From a virus (Duplodnaviria > Caudoviricetes): a stretch of DNA of 64,000 bases. The stretch is taken from the IMG/VR virus record IMGVR_UViG_3300019742_000001; one strand, given 5' to 3'. Each line of letters starts with the position of its first letter. Position 1 is the stretch's first letter. The notes under the pieces are model-generated. The model made no database searches. It was given only the letters and a program-made list of their open reading frames with translations, and was not told where the DNA came from. A program made the position numbers and the translations under genes. This document shows, in pieces, positions 21,401 through 30,312 of the stretch.

Positions 21401-22904
21401 CCCATAACTTTGTTGTCATATCCAACATTTTGTATTGTGGTGAAGAACTGTCAAGTTGGGTTAATATTTTTGGTGACCCATTGTAATCTATCATTTGTGC
21501 ATGATAAACATCACGTTGATCTGGGGTATCAACTTCATATGTTGTATAATCAGAGTACATATTATTTACATCATCGAATTCAAATATTTCAACTAAATAT
21601 CTTGAGTTGTAGTAAGGATGCCCTTCATGTACCTGACACACATAATCAGTTATATCATCATGTATAACATACCCACCTCTGTTAACATCACCAATGTTAT
21701 TATATTCATCAGAATCAAGATCATACATCAACAACCCACTTGGTGGTGCATATTTATACGTTGAACTTGATCCTCTCACCAACAACTTCCTACCAAATCG
21801 AACCATAGTCTCAAGATTTCTTGTTCCATTATTGTGGTAATTTGAACTACCAGACTCAGCCAACATAAAATCATACGCCCCTGATTGTCCATATACATAT
21901 GATGAATTAGTTATATCACCACCATCTATAGGATAAATAGAAATTTTATTTGAAGCCTTCCAACTAAAATCATCTGAAGTTGTTGATCTCAAATCAACTG
22001 CCTGCCACCAACCAGAAGGTATCGCTTCAAGTGAACTATCAAAATATGCCGCAGATGACCAACGATTTTTTATCCATGTTCTTCCCGCATATTTACCTTT
22101 AAACTTTGTCCATCCACCCCAATTGTATACACCTATCCCTGTTATCGCACTATATGCATATGAGCTCAGACTACCAGAATCCCCCAAAGATTGATTTTTG
22201 ACATGTCTTCTATATTTTGTTGGTGATATTGTTGGATCAGACCAGTTACTTGACAAATTTATACAATCTCCGGTATAACCATAATACCCAAGCAATTCTC
22301 CTCTATTTTTTGTATTCAACACTGTGAGTATATTATCTCTACATAGAGTATAATAATCGTTTTGTCCATTATATACAGAATTTTTGGTTTGAAATGGAAC
22401 AAACTCTTTCCATCTATCCACCTCATATGATGATATTCCAGTAGAAAATCCAACATCAACATACACATAGTAATAAACATATAGTATCTGACCTTCTAAT
22501 TGGGTGTATGGTTCTGTTAATGTCGTACAACAATACGCAGATGTTCCCGTACTACTTGCAGCCAAACCTATTCTATTAAAAGTTCTGTTTGCCGATGCAA
22601 ATACACCACCAAATTTATGTCTATTATATGCCGATTCCCATGTTCTCGACGGTGTTGTTGAAGTGACACGACCAACATCAATGGCAGTGGTTCTGTATGT
22701 ATATTCAGTAACCTCATCGTTAACTAGAATCATGGATGCACCTAACCCATTAATGAAATTAGTTAGTCCTTGGTCAAACCACATATTAGACTGTTTGTGA
22801 CTATATATTTCCTCACCCGTTAGTTCATCTACTACTTTAAATTCAACCTCACCTCTCATACTTGGTGACATTTGTGTTGTTATATTATCAAAATTATCTA
22901 TCAT
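18405..22904 (-). CDS. large tail fibre/receptor-binding protein, copy B
   Basis: 1499 aa; same N-terminus and same C-terminal KVDFTYIAIYRTW as copy A. Confidence 0.65.
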   Translation of the reverse strand: MIDNFDNITTQMSPSMRGEVEFKVVDELTGEEIYSHKQSNMWFDQGLTNFINGLGASMILVNDEVTEYTYRTTAIDVGRVTSTTPSRTWESAYNRHKFGGVFASANRTFNRIGLAASSTGTSAYCCTTLTEPYTQLEGQILYVYYYVYVDVGFSTGISSYEVDRWKEFVPFQTKNSVYNGQNDYYTLCRDNILTVLNTKNRGELLGYYGYTGDCINLSSNWSDPTISPTKYRRHVKNQSLGDSGSLSSYAYSAITGIGVYNWGGWTKFKGKYAGRTWIKNRWSSAAYFDSSLEAIPSGWWQAVDLRSTTSDDFSWKASNKISIYPIDGGDITNSSYVYGQSGAYDFMLAESGSSNYHNNGTRNLETMVRFGRKLLVRGSSSTYKYAPPSGLLMYDLDSDEYNNIGDVNRGGYVIHDDITDYVCQVHEGHPYYNSRYLVEIFEFDDVNNMYSDYTTYEVDTPDQRDVYHAQMIDYNGSPKILTQLDSSSPQYKMLDMTTKLWEDWWITDFGKQLGTNVQSNTNVVWGNYNKSTDSFILVSDDCTQIMSIDGLTDVNNVVVDGVTGDVDIYSSYRCWSKTRQLNGSKYVKGVDSLKLSSCSRLLSSTGGFLDSSSTLYGFMIEDGEFDIEIELDNIKPFLSGQSIGLSVMDTSDIYDESPILSGHLPGRYIGFTTSSDVDSVEWAGNVDNITSTYVLESFDINPVTGSSFSDGDVIDVNNPNEASWTYDSGVMTGTEIKLYNSWSTPQWQMGVDGERTYIQNNVTSLYHYDVYDYSYVEIEFPPSEEFRFFSYDYKHNILDSGNDDNNYAYTYVQGVSRFSWRPLYNDTVWHTSPYIGIPPNVTNIRIVYRTENDNNTEIDSYIAYSNFTFHETDIHSFDYDSINEDISTYDFNVESYDISNVDPYDTINPTSTTLVHVTDIDETKPHGKLKVVRNALNEIQTYYATWNGVSWSVWIELNSGISSNVITGNAYVALYMKNGDGNLKSFTTDLLNYTINSGTIDRKVLALPKMVEITDEHIHDYGVFGDAYSTSKDGMACYTDKNEIYVLYRYMCRVYDATTFELKRNEVFLPETNSFNGLPRDYNEGYIKFDDFDLTGDALGGIVLYANNYPRRFYTSGYTDNTKRSNKHVRDDQAYHYIQSLFKIFTIDPVNGSVVDTSYNIPTYSPYNSQEDTLDNYSAAIPYKKGWIMMHGVCWSSTTTITENFRTMTNFKFSWDSGLSKWVLRPTYGLNSKNYDTLLDTRIRDDVDYDMTSLITPKPSHADFQELHPFSADIQVRFNELSSSPSNTLSPDDYYTTYFTQDGISKDNQQYITGFSHIMYWTRAERHNDVFTPAATHEVSETADIKFHSIDNGDPLMYKFFYKDNITDRHKYFDVVVEFDAGDTITTTDGGITLKIENDLLDPTYDIYKGKHLRYLGETRTILEYDHFYKTFVLDSAFTLTPTTGNGVELVVEQPATLVTEFVGDNEFMLDDETGIITPSPDGVSHKVDFTYIAIYRTW

Positions 22905-22916
22905 ATATTTTCTCCT

Positions 22917-23981
22917 TTAAAGTATAAAGTTTCCGTAGTAATTTACTATTATTAATTCCGTGTCTTCGTTTGATATCAAATAACCAAAATCACTACTTGT
23001 AACCAAAGATGGTGATTCAATTTCCGATGTATACAATTCAGTAAAGAACGATATTACCTCAACCCTTGTGTTATATGCAGTCAATCCAAAATCCGAACTT
23101 GTACTTGTAACAGTTGTATTTATGTTTATTGGATCAACAGAAGAAAAAGAATTTGTTACACTGTCATTCGGGAATGGTTGTAAAAACACAGGTCTTGTGT
23201 TATACCTAACATAATCTACACTACTATCAATTCCTGACGTAACAAAAGGATGATAATCTATACCAGTAGTCTGATAACCAGAATTTATAGTAACACCAAT
23301 ACTCTCAAGTTTTTCGTGTGGAGGAAACACTACAGCATAATTTCCGGTTATTGTATACTCTGTATCAGGTTTTACATCCAGATATAATAATAATAAATCA
23401 TCAGTTTCACCTATTAAAATACCTTCTTCGTATATTTTATATGATGTTCCATAGTCTACGGCTGTTAGTGATGTTGTTGTGGCAACCCACTTAAACTCTA
23501 TACCCTCAACAACGAAACCGGATGGTGGTGGTCTTCTGGTTAGAGGTGAATATGTAAATAATGAATCACCACCAGAAGAATGTTTAACTCCATCAGGAGA
23601 ATACAAACCACGATCCAAATCAATATCAACACTTGATGTTTCCCATGGCAATAAACCATCCCACAAATCAACTTCTTGTTGTTTAATACCAAGAACAACA
23701 TCAGTATACAGAACATCAACTTGTTGTGACTTCTCATTAAATATATACTCCAATACTACATAATCACCATCACGTGTAGGGGAAGCACTTGTACCGTCAA
23801 CCAGTATAAACGCATCAGTAAATGTATCACTGTCATTTGAATATATTGTTGAGTATATAGAGTTATCTTTTTCAATAAAAACTATAGTTTCATTGGTATC
23901 CGACCATTCTAATAATGAATATATGATTCCTGCATCACTAAGGTCTTTGAATAGGTCTTTTGTTAATCTTTTATATAACAT
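22917..23981 (-). CDS. fibre-associated protein, copy B
   Basis: MLYKRLTKDLFKDLSDAGIIYSLLEW start identical to copy A. Confidence 0.6.
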   Translation of the reverse strand: MLYKRLTKDLFKDLSDAGIIYSLLEWSDTNETIVFIEKDNSIYSTIYSNDSDTFTDAFILVDGTSASPTRDGDYVVLEYIFNEKSQQVDVLYTDVVLGIKQQEVDLWDGLLPWETSSVDIDLDRGLYSPDGVKHSSGGDSLFTYSPLTRRPPPSGFVVEGIEFKWVATTTSLTAVDYGTSYKIYEEGILIGETDDLLLLYLDVKPDTEYTITGNYAVVFPPHEKLESIGVTINSGYQTTGIDYHPFVTSGIDSSVDYVRYNTRPVFLQPFPNDSVTNSFSSVDPININTTVTSTSSDFGLTAYNTRVEVISFFTELYTSEIESPSLVTSSDFGYLISNEDTELIIVNYYGNFIL

Positions 23982-24673
23982 TAATACTCACCCCAAACGA
24001 TAGATCCATATACTTCACTGACCGCACAATCAGATGTAAATCTATAAATGTACATCATACCATCATCACCATAATACGATATATCGGTTCCATCAGGTAT
24101 TCTTATCTCACCACCATTCATACTAAATACTGGAGCATTTATTCCATTATGAACTATTTTTAATATCAACACCCAATTCAAATCTGTTGGTGATGTATCT
24201 GGTAATTGTATATTAACGTCACCTGACATTGTTAGTCTTTGTACATTTCCTTGTGATATGTATATAGGAACATCACCACTAACAGACCCCAAATCGTGTT
24301 CTGTTTCTGTATAACCACCTATAGACATATTATTATCGTCTATCCAGTTAACAGTATCAAACACCAATGATTGTCCAACAACAGGATTTGTTGTTGTCAC
24401 GTCTCCTATATCGGTAATACTTAATATATATTCTAATGTGTTTTCCCAAACACTACCGGTATACACAAGTAATTGATTTTCGACTTCACTTTCCAAAGTA
24501 ACATCTAATAGATCACCAACAGACAGACCATTCAATAAAGGTAGAATAACACCTGTTTTTACGTGATCAAATGTTGATGTTTTACTAATACCTTCTTGTC
24601 TTACTATAAAAATCTCATCACCAACCAATGTTCCTGCTGGTGTATATTCTGTTATGTCATAAAACTTAGCCAT
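23981..24673 (-). CDS. virion collar/fibre-type protein, paralog 3 of 3
   Basis: MAKFYD start, DL.DV...L.Y.GSVW.N repeats. Confidence 0.6.
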   Translation of the reverse strand: MAKFYDITEYTPAGTLVGDEIFIVRQEGISKTSTFDHVKTGVILPLLNGLSVGDLLDVTLESEVENQLLVYTGSVWENTLEYILSITDIGDVTTTNPVVGQSLVFDTVNWIDDNNMSIGGYTETEHDLGSVSGDVPIYISQGNVQRLTMSGDVNIQLPDTSPTDLNWVLILKIVHNGINAPVFSMNGGEIRIPDGTDISYYGDDGMMYIYRFTSDCAVSEVYGSIVWGEY

Positions 24674-24690
24674 TATTCCTCCCTACAATG

Positions 24691-25386
24691 TTAAATTGAT
24701 TCTATTAAATCAAACGTCCCATATACCTGAGACGAAGAGACATCAGAAGTAAACCTGAATATAGTCAAATCTCCATTTTCACCCATATCAGTTGGTGATA
24801 TTCTCTTATACCAAATCAACTCTCCATCATCAGAACTGAAAGTTGGTATATTAGATCCATCAAACAACACTTTCAAAACTAACGTCCAACTATAACCATC
24901 TTCTGGTAATGGAGGAAGGGTAATATCCAACCCTCCTGTGATCTGCAATCGTTGTACATTACCCAACGATAGATCTATAGAATATGTACCAGAGTGCATT
25001 CCCAAATTCGTCTCTGTTTCCTTATACCCTTTGAGTAGGAGACTATTACTATTAGACCATAGATCATCGTTCACAACCAAGATTTGACCCTTTGATGGAG
25101 TAACAGTTGTAACATCTTGTAGTTCGTTTATACTTTCCAAAACGATTTTATTGTTTACCCACACATCACCAGAATAAATCAACACATCACCTCTTGATAT
25201 ATTGGTAATTGTAACATCTGATAATTCTGATATACTCATTTCTGACAACAAAGTTGATAATATACTACCAACTATCGACGAGAAATTTGTTGTTCTACAC
25301 GTATCTTCTTTATGTATAATAAAATACTCATCACCAACTAATTCGTCAGTTAAAGGATATTCTGTTTGATCATAAAATTTAGCCAT
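24691..25386 (-). CDS. virion collar/fibre-type protein, paralog 2 of 3
   Basis: MAKFYD start, aligns over its full length with its neighbours. Confidence 0.6.
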   Translation of the reverse strand: MAKFYDQTEYPLTDELVGDEYFIIHKEDTCRTTNFSSIVGSILSTLLSEMSISELSDVTITNISRGDVLIYSGDVWVNNKIVLESINELQDVTTVTPSKGQILVVNDDLWSNSNSLLLKGYKETETNLGMHSGTYSIDLSLGNVQRLQITGGLDITLPPLPEDGYSWTLVLKVLFDGSNIPTFSSDDGELIWYKRISPTDMGENGDLTIFRFTSDVSSSQVYGTFDLIESI

Positions 25387-25398
25387 TTTTGCTCCCTA

Positions 25399-28300
25399 TT
25401 AATCCAAAACTGTTATAGAATATGTATACACAACACCATATGTACCAAAGATCATTTCACCAGTTATAACCTCTTCCCCTTCAGCGGAAACAACAAAATA
25501 ATTATCAGACATAGCAACAGCAGAACCAAACCAATCATAATAACTGGTACTATATTCATTTGGAGAATCTATTGTTTTTATCAATTCTCCTGTCAAGTTG
25601 TCAAATAGATAAGCCTTTCCTACTGTGTTATAGGAAGAATCATCCTCGTACGAGGCACCAACTACTGTATATAAATTATTACAACTAACTGACCCACCAA
25701 AGTAATCACCATCACTTGTTCCGTATGCATTTGGATTATCTAATGTATGTAACAACTCCCACGTAGAGGTAGAATAAATAAACGCTTTACCTGACTCATC
25801 ACCACCAGCATCACTCTCTTCTGATCCAATTACACAGTAATCACCTGACATCGAAACTGACCTACCGAAAGAATCGTATAGACTCACATCATATGCATTG
25901 GGATTAATCAATGTATGTAACAACAAACCTGTTGTCGTACTAAACACATATACCTTACCAGAACTACTTTCTGGTTCGTCTGCATTAGGACAACAAACAA
26001 CAGCATAATCATCTGACACAACAACCGACTCACCAAATCTGTCATATTGACTCTGGGATAATACATTAGGATTATCTAATGTATGTAGTAATCCACCCGT
26101 TGATGTATCAAATATATACGCTTTTCCTGTATCAGATTGACCAACATCATCCTCACTCCAAGCACTAACTAATGTGTATAAATCAGTGCAACTAACCGAA
26201 TACCCAAATTCATCATTTGTGCTTGTTCCGTATGGATTTGGATTATCTATCGTGTGTAATAACTCCCATGTAGATGTTGAATATACATACACTTTACCCG
26301 ATGATGATCCATCAATATCATCTTCTCGATAAGCACTACACACAGCATATGAATCTGATAATGCGACACTCCAACCAAAATGATCATAATAATGGGTTCC
26401 GTATGGACTAGGATTTTCTAATCTAACCAACAGATCACCTGTTGTGGTGTCATAAACAAAAACGCTACCAGATTTCTCTTCCAATTCGTCATTTTCTGTT
26501 GGAGCACCGACCAAAGTATAATCATCATTTATCGCAATAGATGTTCCATATGCATTTGAATCAATATTAGCCAAACCACCTTCATTTGGATTTGCTATTG
26601 TAAGTAAAGTGTCACCTGTCACAGCATCAATTTTATAAACAACACCAGAATACTCACCTTGTGCATCGTCTTCATACTTTGCACCAGAAATAATTTGGTC
26701 ACCTACCAGACCAACAGACCAACCAAAAAGATCACCGTCCATAGTAAAGTTTGTATTAGGATTTTCTAAAGAATGTGACAAATTACCTGTCACTACATCA
26801 AATATGTAAACAGCCCCAGAACTTGTTCCGTCAATACTATCTTCATATGGAGCACCTACTACAGCATATGTATCAGATATTGCAACCGAAGTTCCATAAA
26901 AATCACCACTTGGTGTGTTATATAGATTTGGGTTAGTGAGTGTATGTAACAAATTACCTGTTACATTATCAAATACATACGCCACACCTGACTCATATCC
27001 AGTTGCATCTCTTTCTTGATTGGTGCCAACTATACTATAAGAATCACTTATAGAAACTTGTTTCCCAAAATCATCACCATAACTCGTACCATAAGAAGTT
27101 GGGTTATCTAATGTGTGAAGGAATCCACCTGTAACTGTATCAAATATATATGCTTTACCTGCGCTGGTTCCACCCGCATCATCTTCGAAAATCGCACCAA
27201 CTATACAATATGTGTCTGTTATTGACACCGAAACACCAAACTGATCACCAGCAACGGTTCCATAGGCATTTGGATTATCTAATGTATGTACTAAATTACC
27301 GGTTAAATTGTCAAAAATATATACTTTACCTGAACTTGTCCCACCTGATTCATCTTCATATTTCGCACCAACTGCACAATATGTATCTGATATTGCAACG
27401 GCATATCCATAATAATCACCTGATGTCGTACCATATGCATTTGGATTAACCAGATTGTGTAGTAGTTCACCTGTCGTTGTACTGTAAACATAAACGGCTC
27501 CTGTATACGTACCACCAGAACCATCTTCTCCATAAGCACCTACTATCGCATATAATTCAGATATTCCAACAGAGTAACCAAAATAATCAGCATATGGTGT
27601 GTTATATATATTTGGGTCAGACAATGAATGTAATAATTCACCTGTTGTAGAATCAAATATATAAGCCATTCCAGATGAATTTGCACTTGACGCACTAACA
27701 ATATCTTCTTCCCATGCACCCGATATGATATAACTACTAGAAAATCCAACAGCAGCACCAAAAGAATCTCTAGTTGACGAATAATATTTCAATGAATCTG
27801 TGTTAGAATAGATATAATCAAATTCTGTTATTTTCTCATTACCAGAAATCCAAGCAAGTGATCCATACACATTATCCAAAAATGCATCAGATAAAAATGT
27901 GTATATCAATGTGTTATCTCTTTCTGTTGTGATCGTAGGTAAAATACCTCTTGACCACATAAGTGTACCATCTATAGACTCAAATGTTGGGATAGTTGAT
28001 GAATTACACACAACCTTTACAGCGAATCCCCAATGCTCGTTTATTGGTGGTAATGATGGAAGTCGTAACGTCAGTCCACCAGACGAAACAACATTTTGTA
28101 CGTTACCGTTGTTTAGATCTATCTCATACGTTCCTGTTGTAACAGGAATGGTATACTCAACTTCGGTAGAACCACATAGAATTGGATCGTTTCCGTTTAC
28201 CCAATCATAACCGTTCCATATTAATGTCTGTCCATCTGTTGGTGTGTGTATTGATACATCACCAACAACAACCCCTAATTTTCCAATGGATGATTCACCG

Positions 28301-28533
28301 TTTGTATAAACACTACCATCAAACAACAATATATCACCGTAAGATGGGGTTACAACCGTTACATCATAGAAATTACTAATAGATAGTCCGTCCAACATCG
28401 GTACAACTACATCAGAAACTATTTGGTCAACTGTGACAACTTTTGTCACATCATCTTGGTATATCATGAAACTCTCTTCACCAAGTAATACATCTGTCTC
28501 AGCGTAAGTGTTTCTATCATAAAACTTTGCCAT
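25399..28533 (-). CDS. virion protein: MAKFYD module plus 14 FG-GAP-like repeats (two beta-propellers)
   Basis: 14 counted D.FG.SV(A/S)IS..YA.VGA..ED...SG..Y.(F/Y)...TG.LLH.L.NP repeats. Confidence 0.8.
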   Translation of the reverse strand: MAKFYDRNTYAETDVLLGEESFMIYQDDVTKVVTVDQIVSDVVVPMLDGLSISNFYDVTVVTPSYGDILLFDGSVYTNGESSIGKLGVVVGDVSIHTPTDGQTLIWNGYDWVNGNDPILCGSTEVEYTIPVTTGTYEIDLNNGNVQNVVSSGGLTLRLPSLPPINEHWGFAVKVVCNSSTIPTFESIDGTLMWSRGILPTITTERDNTLIYTFLSDAFLDNVYGSLAWISGNEKITEFDYIYSNTDSLKYYSSTRDSFGAAVGFSSSYIISGAWEEDIVSASSANSSGMAYIFDSTTGELLHSLSDPNIYNTPYADYFGYSVGISELYAIVGAYGEDGSGGTYTGAVYVYSTTTGELLHNLVNPNAYGTTSGDYYGYAVAISDTYCAVGAKYEDESGGTSSGKVYIFDNLTGNLVHTLDNPNAYGTVAGDQFGVSVSITDTYCIVGAIFEDDAGGTSAGKAYIFDTVTGGFLHTLDNPTSYGTSYGDDFGKQVSISDSYSIVGTNQERDATGYESGVAYVFDNVTGNLLHTLTNPNLYNTPSGDFYGTSVAISDTYAVVGAPYEDSIDGTSSGAVYIFDVVTGNLSHSLENPNTNFTMDGDLFGWSVGLVGDQIISGAKYEDDAQGEYSGVVYKIDAVTGDTLLTIANPNEGGLANIDSNAYGTSIAINDDYTLVGAPTENDELEEKSGSVFVYDTTTGDLLVRLENPSPYGTHYYDHFGWSVALSDSYAVCSAYREDDIDGSSSGKVYVYSTSTWELLHTIDNPNPYGTSTNDEFGYSVSCTDLYTLVSAWSEDDVGQSDTGKAYIFDTSTGGLLHTLDNPNVLSQSQYDRFGESVVVSDDYAVVCCPNADEPESSSGKVYVFSTTTGLLLHTLINPNAYDVSLYDSFGRSVSMSGDYCVIGSEESDAGGDESGKAFIYSTSTWELLHTLDNPNAYGTSDGDYFGGSVSCNNLYTVVGASYEDDSSYNTVGKAYLFDNLTGELIKTIDSPNEYSTSYYDWFGSAVAMSDNYFVVSAEGEEVITGEMIFGTYGVVYTYSITVLD

Positions 28534-28546
28534 TATATATCTCCAA

Positions 28547-30280
28547 TTAATCGTATAGATATTCTTCTATGTTATCTATTAGTGGTTCACCTGTATGGTC
28601 TAATAATATACCATCTAGTATTTTAGCTTCCTTCTTAATCCTAAAATGGGTCACAAAATTCATACCCTCTGGTTTGTAAATACCACTAAGTTTGCTGTAA
28701 ACTATCCTTGTTCTATTAATTCTTTTTACACGATTATTTATCAATTCCACACCGATTATTTTGTAATCTCGGATACCTAATTGTTCAATAGCTTCTGAGG
28801 TAGCCGTAAATGTATAATAATAATTCTTGTCATCCATTTCCTCAAGATCAGTGGTACCTGACACAAATGGTCTATAATCTGGGTTATATGGATCAAAGTA
28901 ATGTATTGTTTTATCCTCTTTACCAACCATCATTGCGATTGCGTCTTTTGAACCTTCAACAAGACTTGTGAAAACTTCATCATCTGTCTCTATTGATAGT
29001 CTCCACTCAACATCCATCATGACACCATCGGCACCTATCGGACAAATACCAAAGAATGACACAACATCACCAACTGGACTTATTGCGGCAAATCCAAGAA
29101 ATGGTATCAACAAATCATCAATATCAAGTGATTCACCCAAAGGATTAACATTGTCTGTTGGACACCAAAGGATTGTGACCTGTGGTAATCCAAGATCATC
29201 CAATTCATCCAACAGAACATGTGTTGGTTGAACCAAATCATTGTCTGGGTTGTAACAATTCACCTGAAATATATTAGAATCTAATGGGTGATCAATTTGC
29301 CATGCAATCCATTCCTGACCTTCATATACATAATCTGTTGTTATCTTTGAAACATCATCGAATATCCAGACTTCCTCTGTTACCTCAACATCATTAACAC
29401 CATCATCATCAGCATCATCATAATATGTTAATGTTAAAGCCTCATGTACATATGCCTGTGAATTTGGATAAACACCGTCGATTTGGTTTGTATTAACGTC
29501 AATACTTATACCATCTTGTGGGAAATACACGGTATTTTCTTCGTCACGTACTTGTGTAATCACCTCTCTACGATTCAAACCATGTCTCATTCGTATGGAA
29601 GTAGGTGACACATAAACCCCACTTGGTGTTGATTTGGATAATAACACTACACCGTTTGTTGGTCTATCAAACCTAACCAACACAGTATTTTTATCTATAA
29701 CTTGCACAAACGATGGTACTTGTTTGTTAAAGTTCTGATCATATGATGTGATAATAAGGTCTTCTGTAAACAATGTATGTCTAACAGACCAACTATCAAA
29801 TTCTTCTCGTTGAATGTGTATAAAACTTTCACTATCAAATTTTAAGTTTACATTTGAATACGAAAGACTTTGTGTTGTATTTGGTCGTTCATATAATGTA
29901 TACACCTTTCCAGTTAAATCACAATAAGGAGAATAAATTATATTATATTCCGCATGTCTATTTACTGGTCGTTGTTGTTCCCAATTCTTATACAAAGCAA
30001 TAGACATTTCTTTAGGAAGTATCTCAAATGTAGTGAATGGTTCAACACTTAAATCAAGTTCTGCCTTGAAATGTGGAGACAACATTTTACCATCAGCGGC
30101 AAGATATCCTTCTGGATAGTTGGCTGAGTTATATTTCGAATACCAGAAGTCACCAGCACCTTTAGACCCATCAGGTCCAGTTTTACCATACAATCCATAA
30201 TAGATATAATCCTCAAATACAACTTCTGGTGTATATGTTTCCATTGATGGTAATGAATAAATTTTTACACTACTTGACAT
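28547..30280 (-). CDS. putative baseplate wedge/fibre-attachment protein
   Basis: Follows the gp7-like gene; own GGGAGA RBS; HGL..REVITQV-type beta repeats. Confidence 0.5.
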   Translation of the reverse strand: MSSSVKIYSLPSMETYTPEVVFEDYIYYGLYGKTGPDGSKGAGDFWYSKYNSANYPEGYLAADGKMLSPHFKAELDLSVEPFTTFEILPKEMSIALYKNWEQQRPVNRHAEYNIIYSPYCDLTGKVYTLYERPNTTQSLSYSNVNLKFDSESFIHIQREEFDSWSVRHTLFTEDLIITSYDQNFNKQVPSFVQVIDKNTVLVRFDRPTNGVVLLSKSTPSGVYVSPTSIRMRHGLNRREVITQVRDEENTVYFPQDGISIDVNTNQIDGVYPNSQAYVHEALTLTYYDDADDDGVNDVEVTEEVWIFDDVSKITTDYVYEGQEWIAWQIDHPLDSNIFQVNCYNPDNDLVQPTHVLLDELDDLGLPQVTILWCPTDNVNPLGESLDIDDLLIPFLGFAAISPVGDVVSFFGICPIGADGVMMDVEWRLSIETDDEVFTSLVEGSKDAIAMMVGKEDKTIHYFDPYNPDYRPFVSGTTDLEEMDDKNYYYTFTATSEAIEQLGIRDYKIIGVELINNRVKRINRTRIVYSKLSGIYKPEGMNFVTHFRIKKEAKILDGILLDHTGEPLIDNIEEYLYD

Positions 30281-30312
30281 TTATAATATTCTCCCGTTTA
30301 TTTCATATAAAA

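Larger units (their letters stand above)
12741..23981. repeat. tandem duplication of a ~5.6-kb two-gene cassette
   Basis: Units 12741-18349 and 18405-23981; offsets 5664 and 5653 bp; visible DNA identity at gene ends and in internal blocks. Confidence 0.9.

Noticed and set aside
12741-23981. Diversity-generating retroelement or invertible shufflon acting on the fibre genes
   Set aside because: No reverse transcriptase or recombinase in the window, the copies are direct, and differences are not adenine-specific by eye
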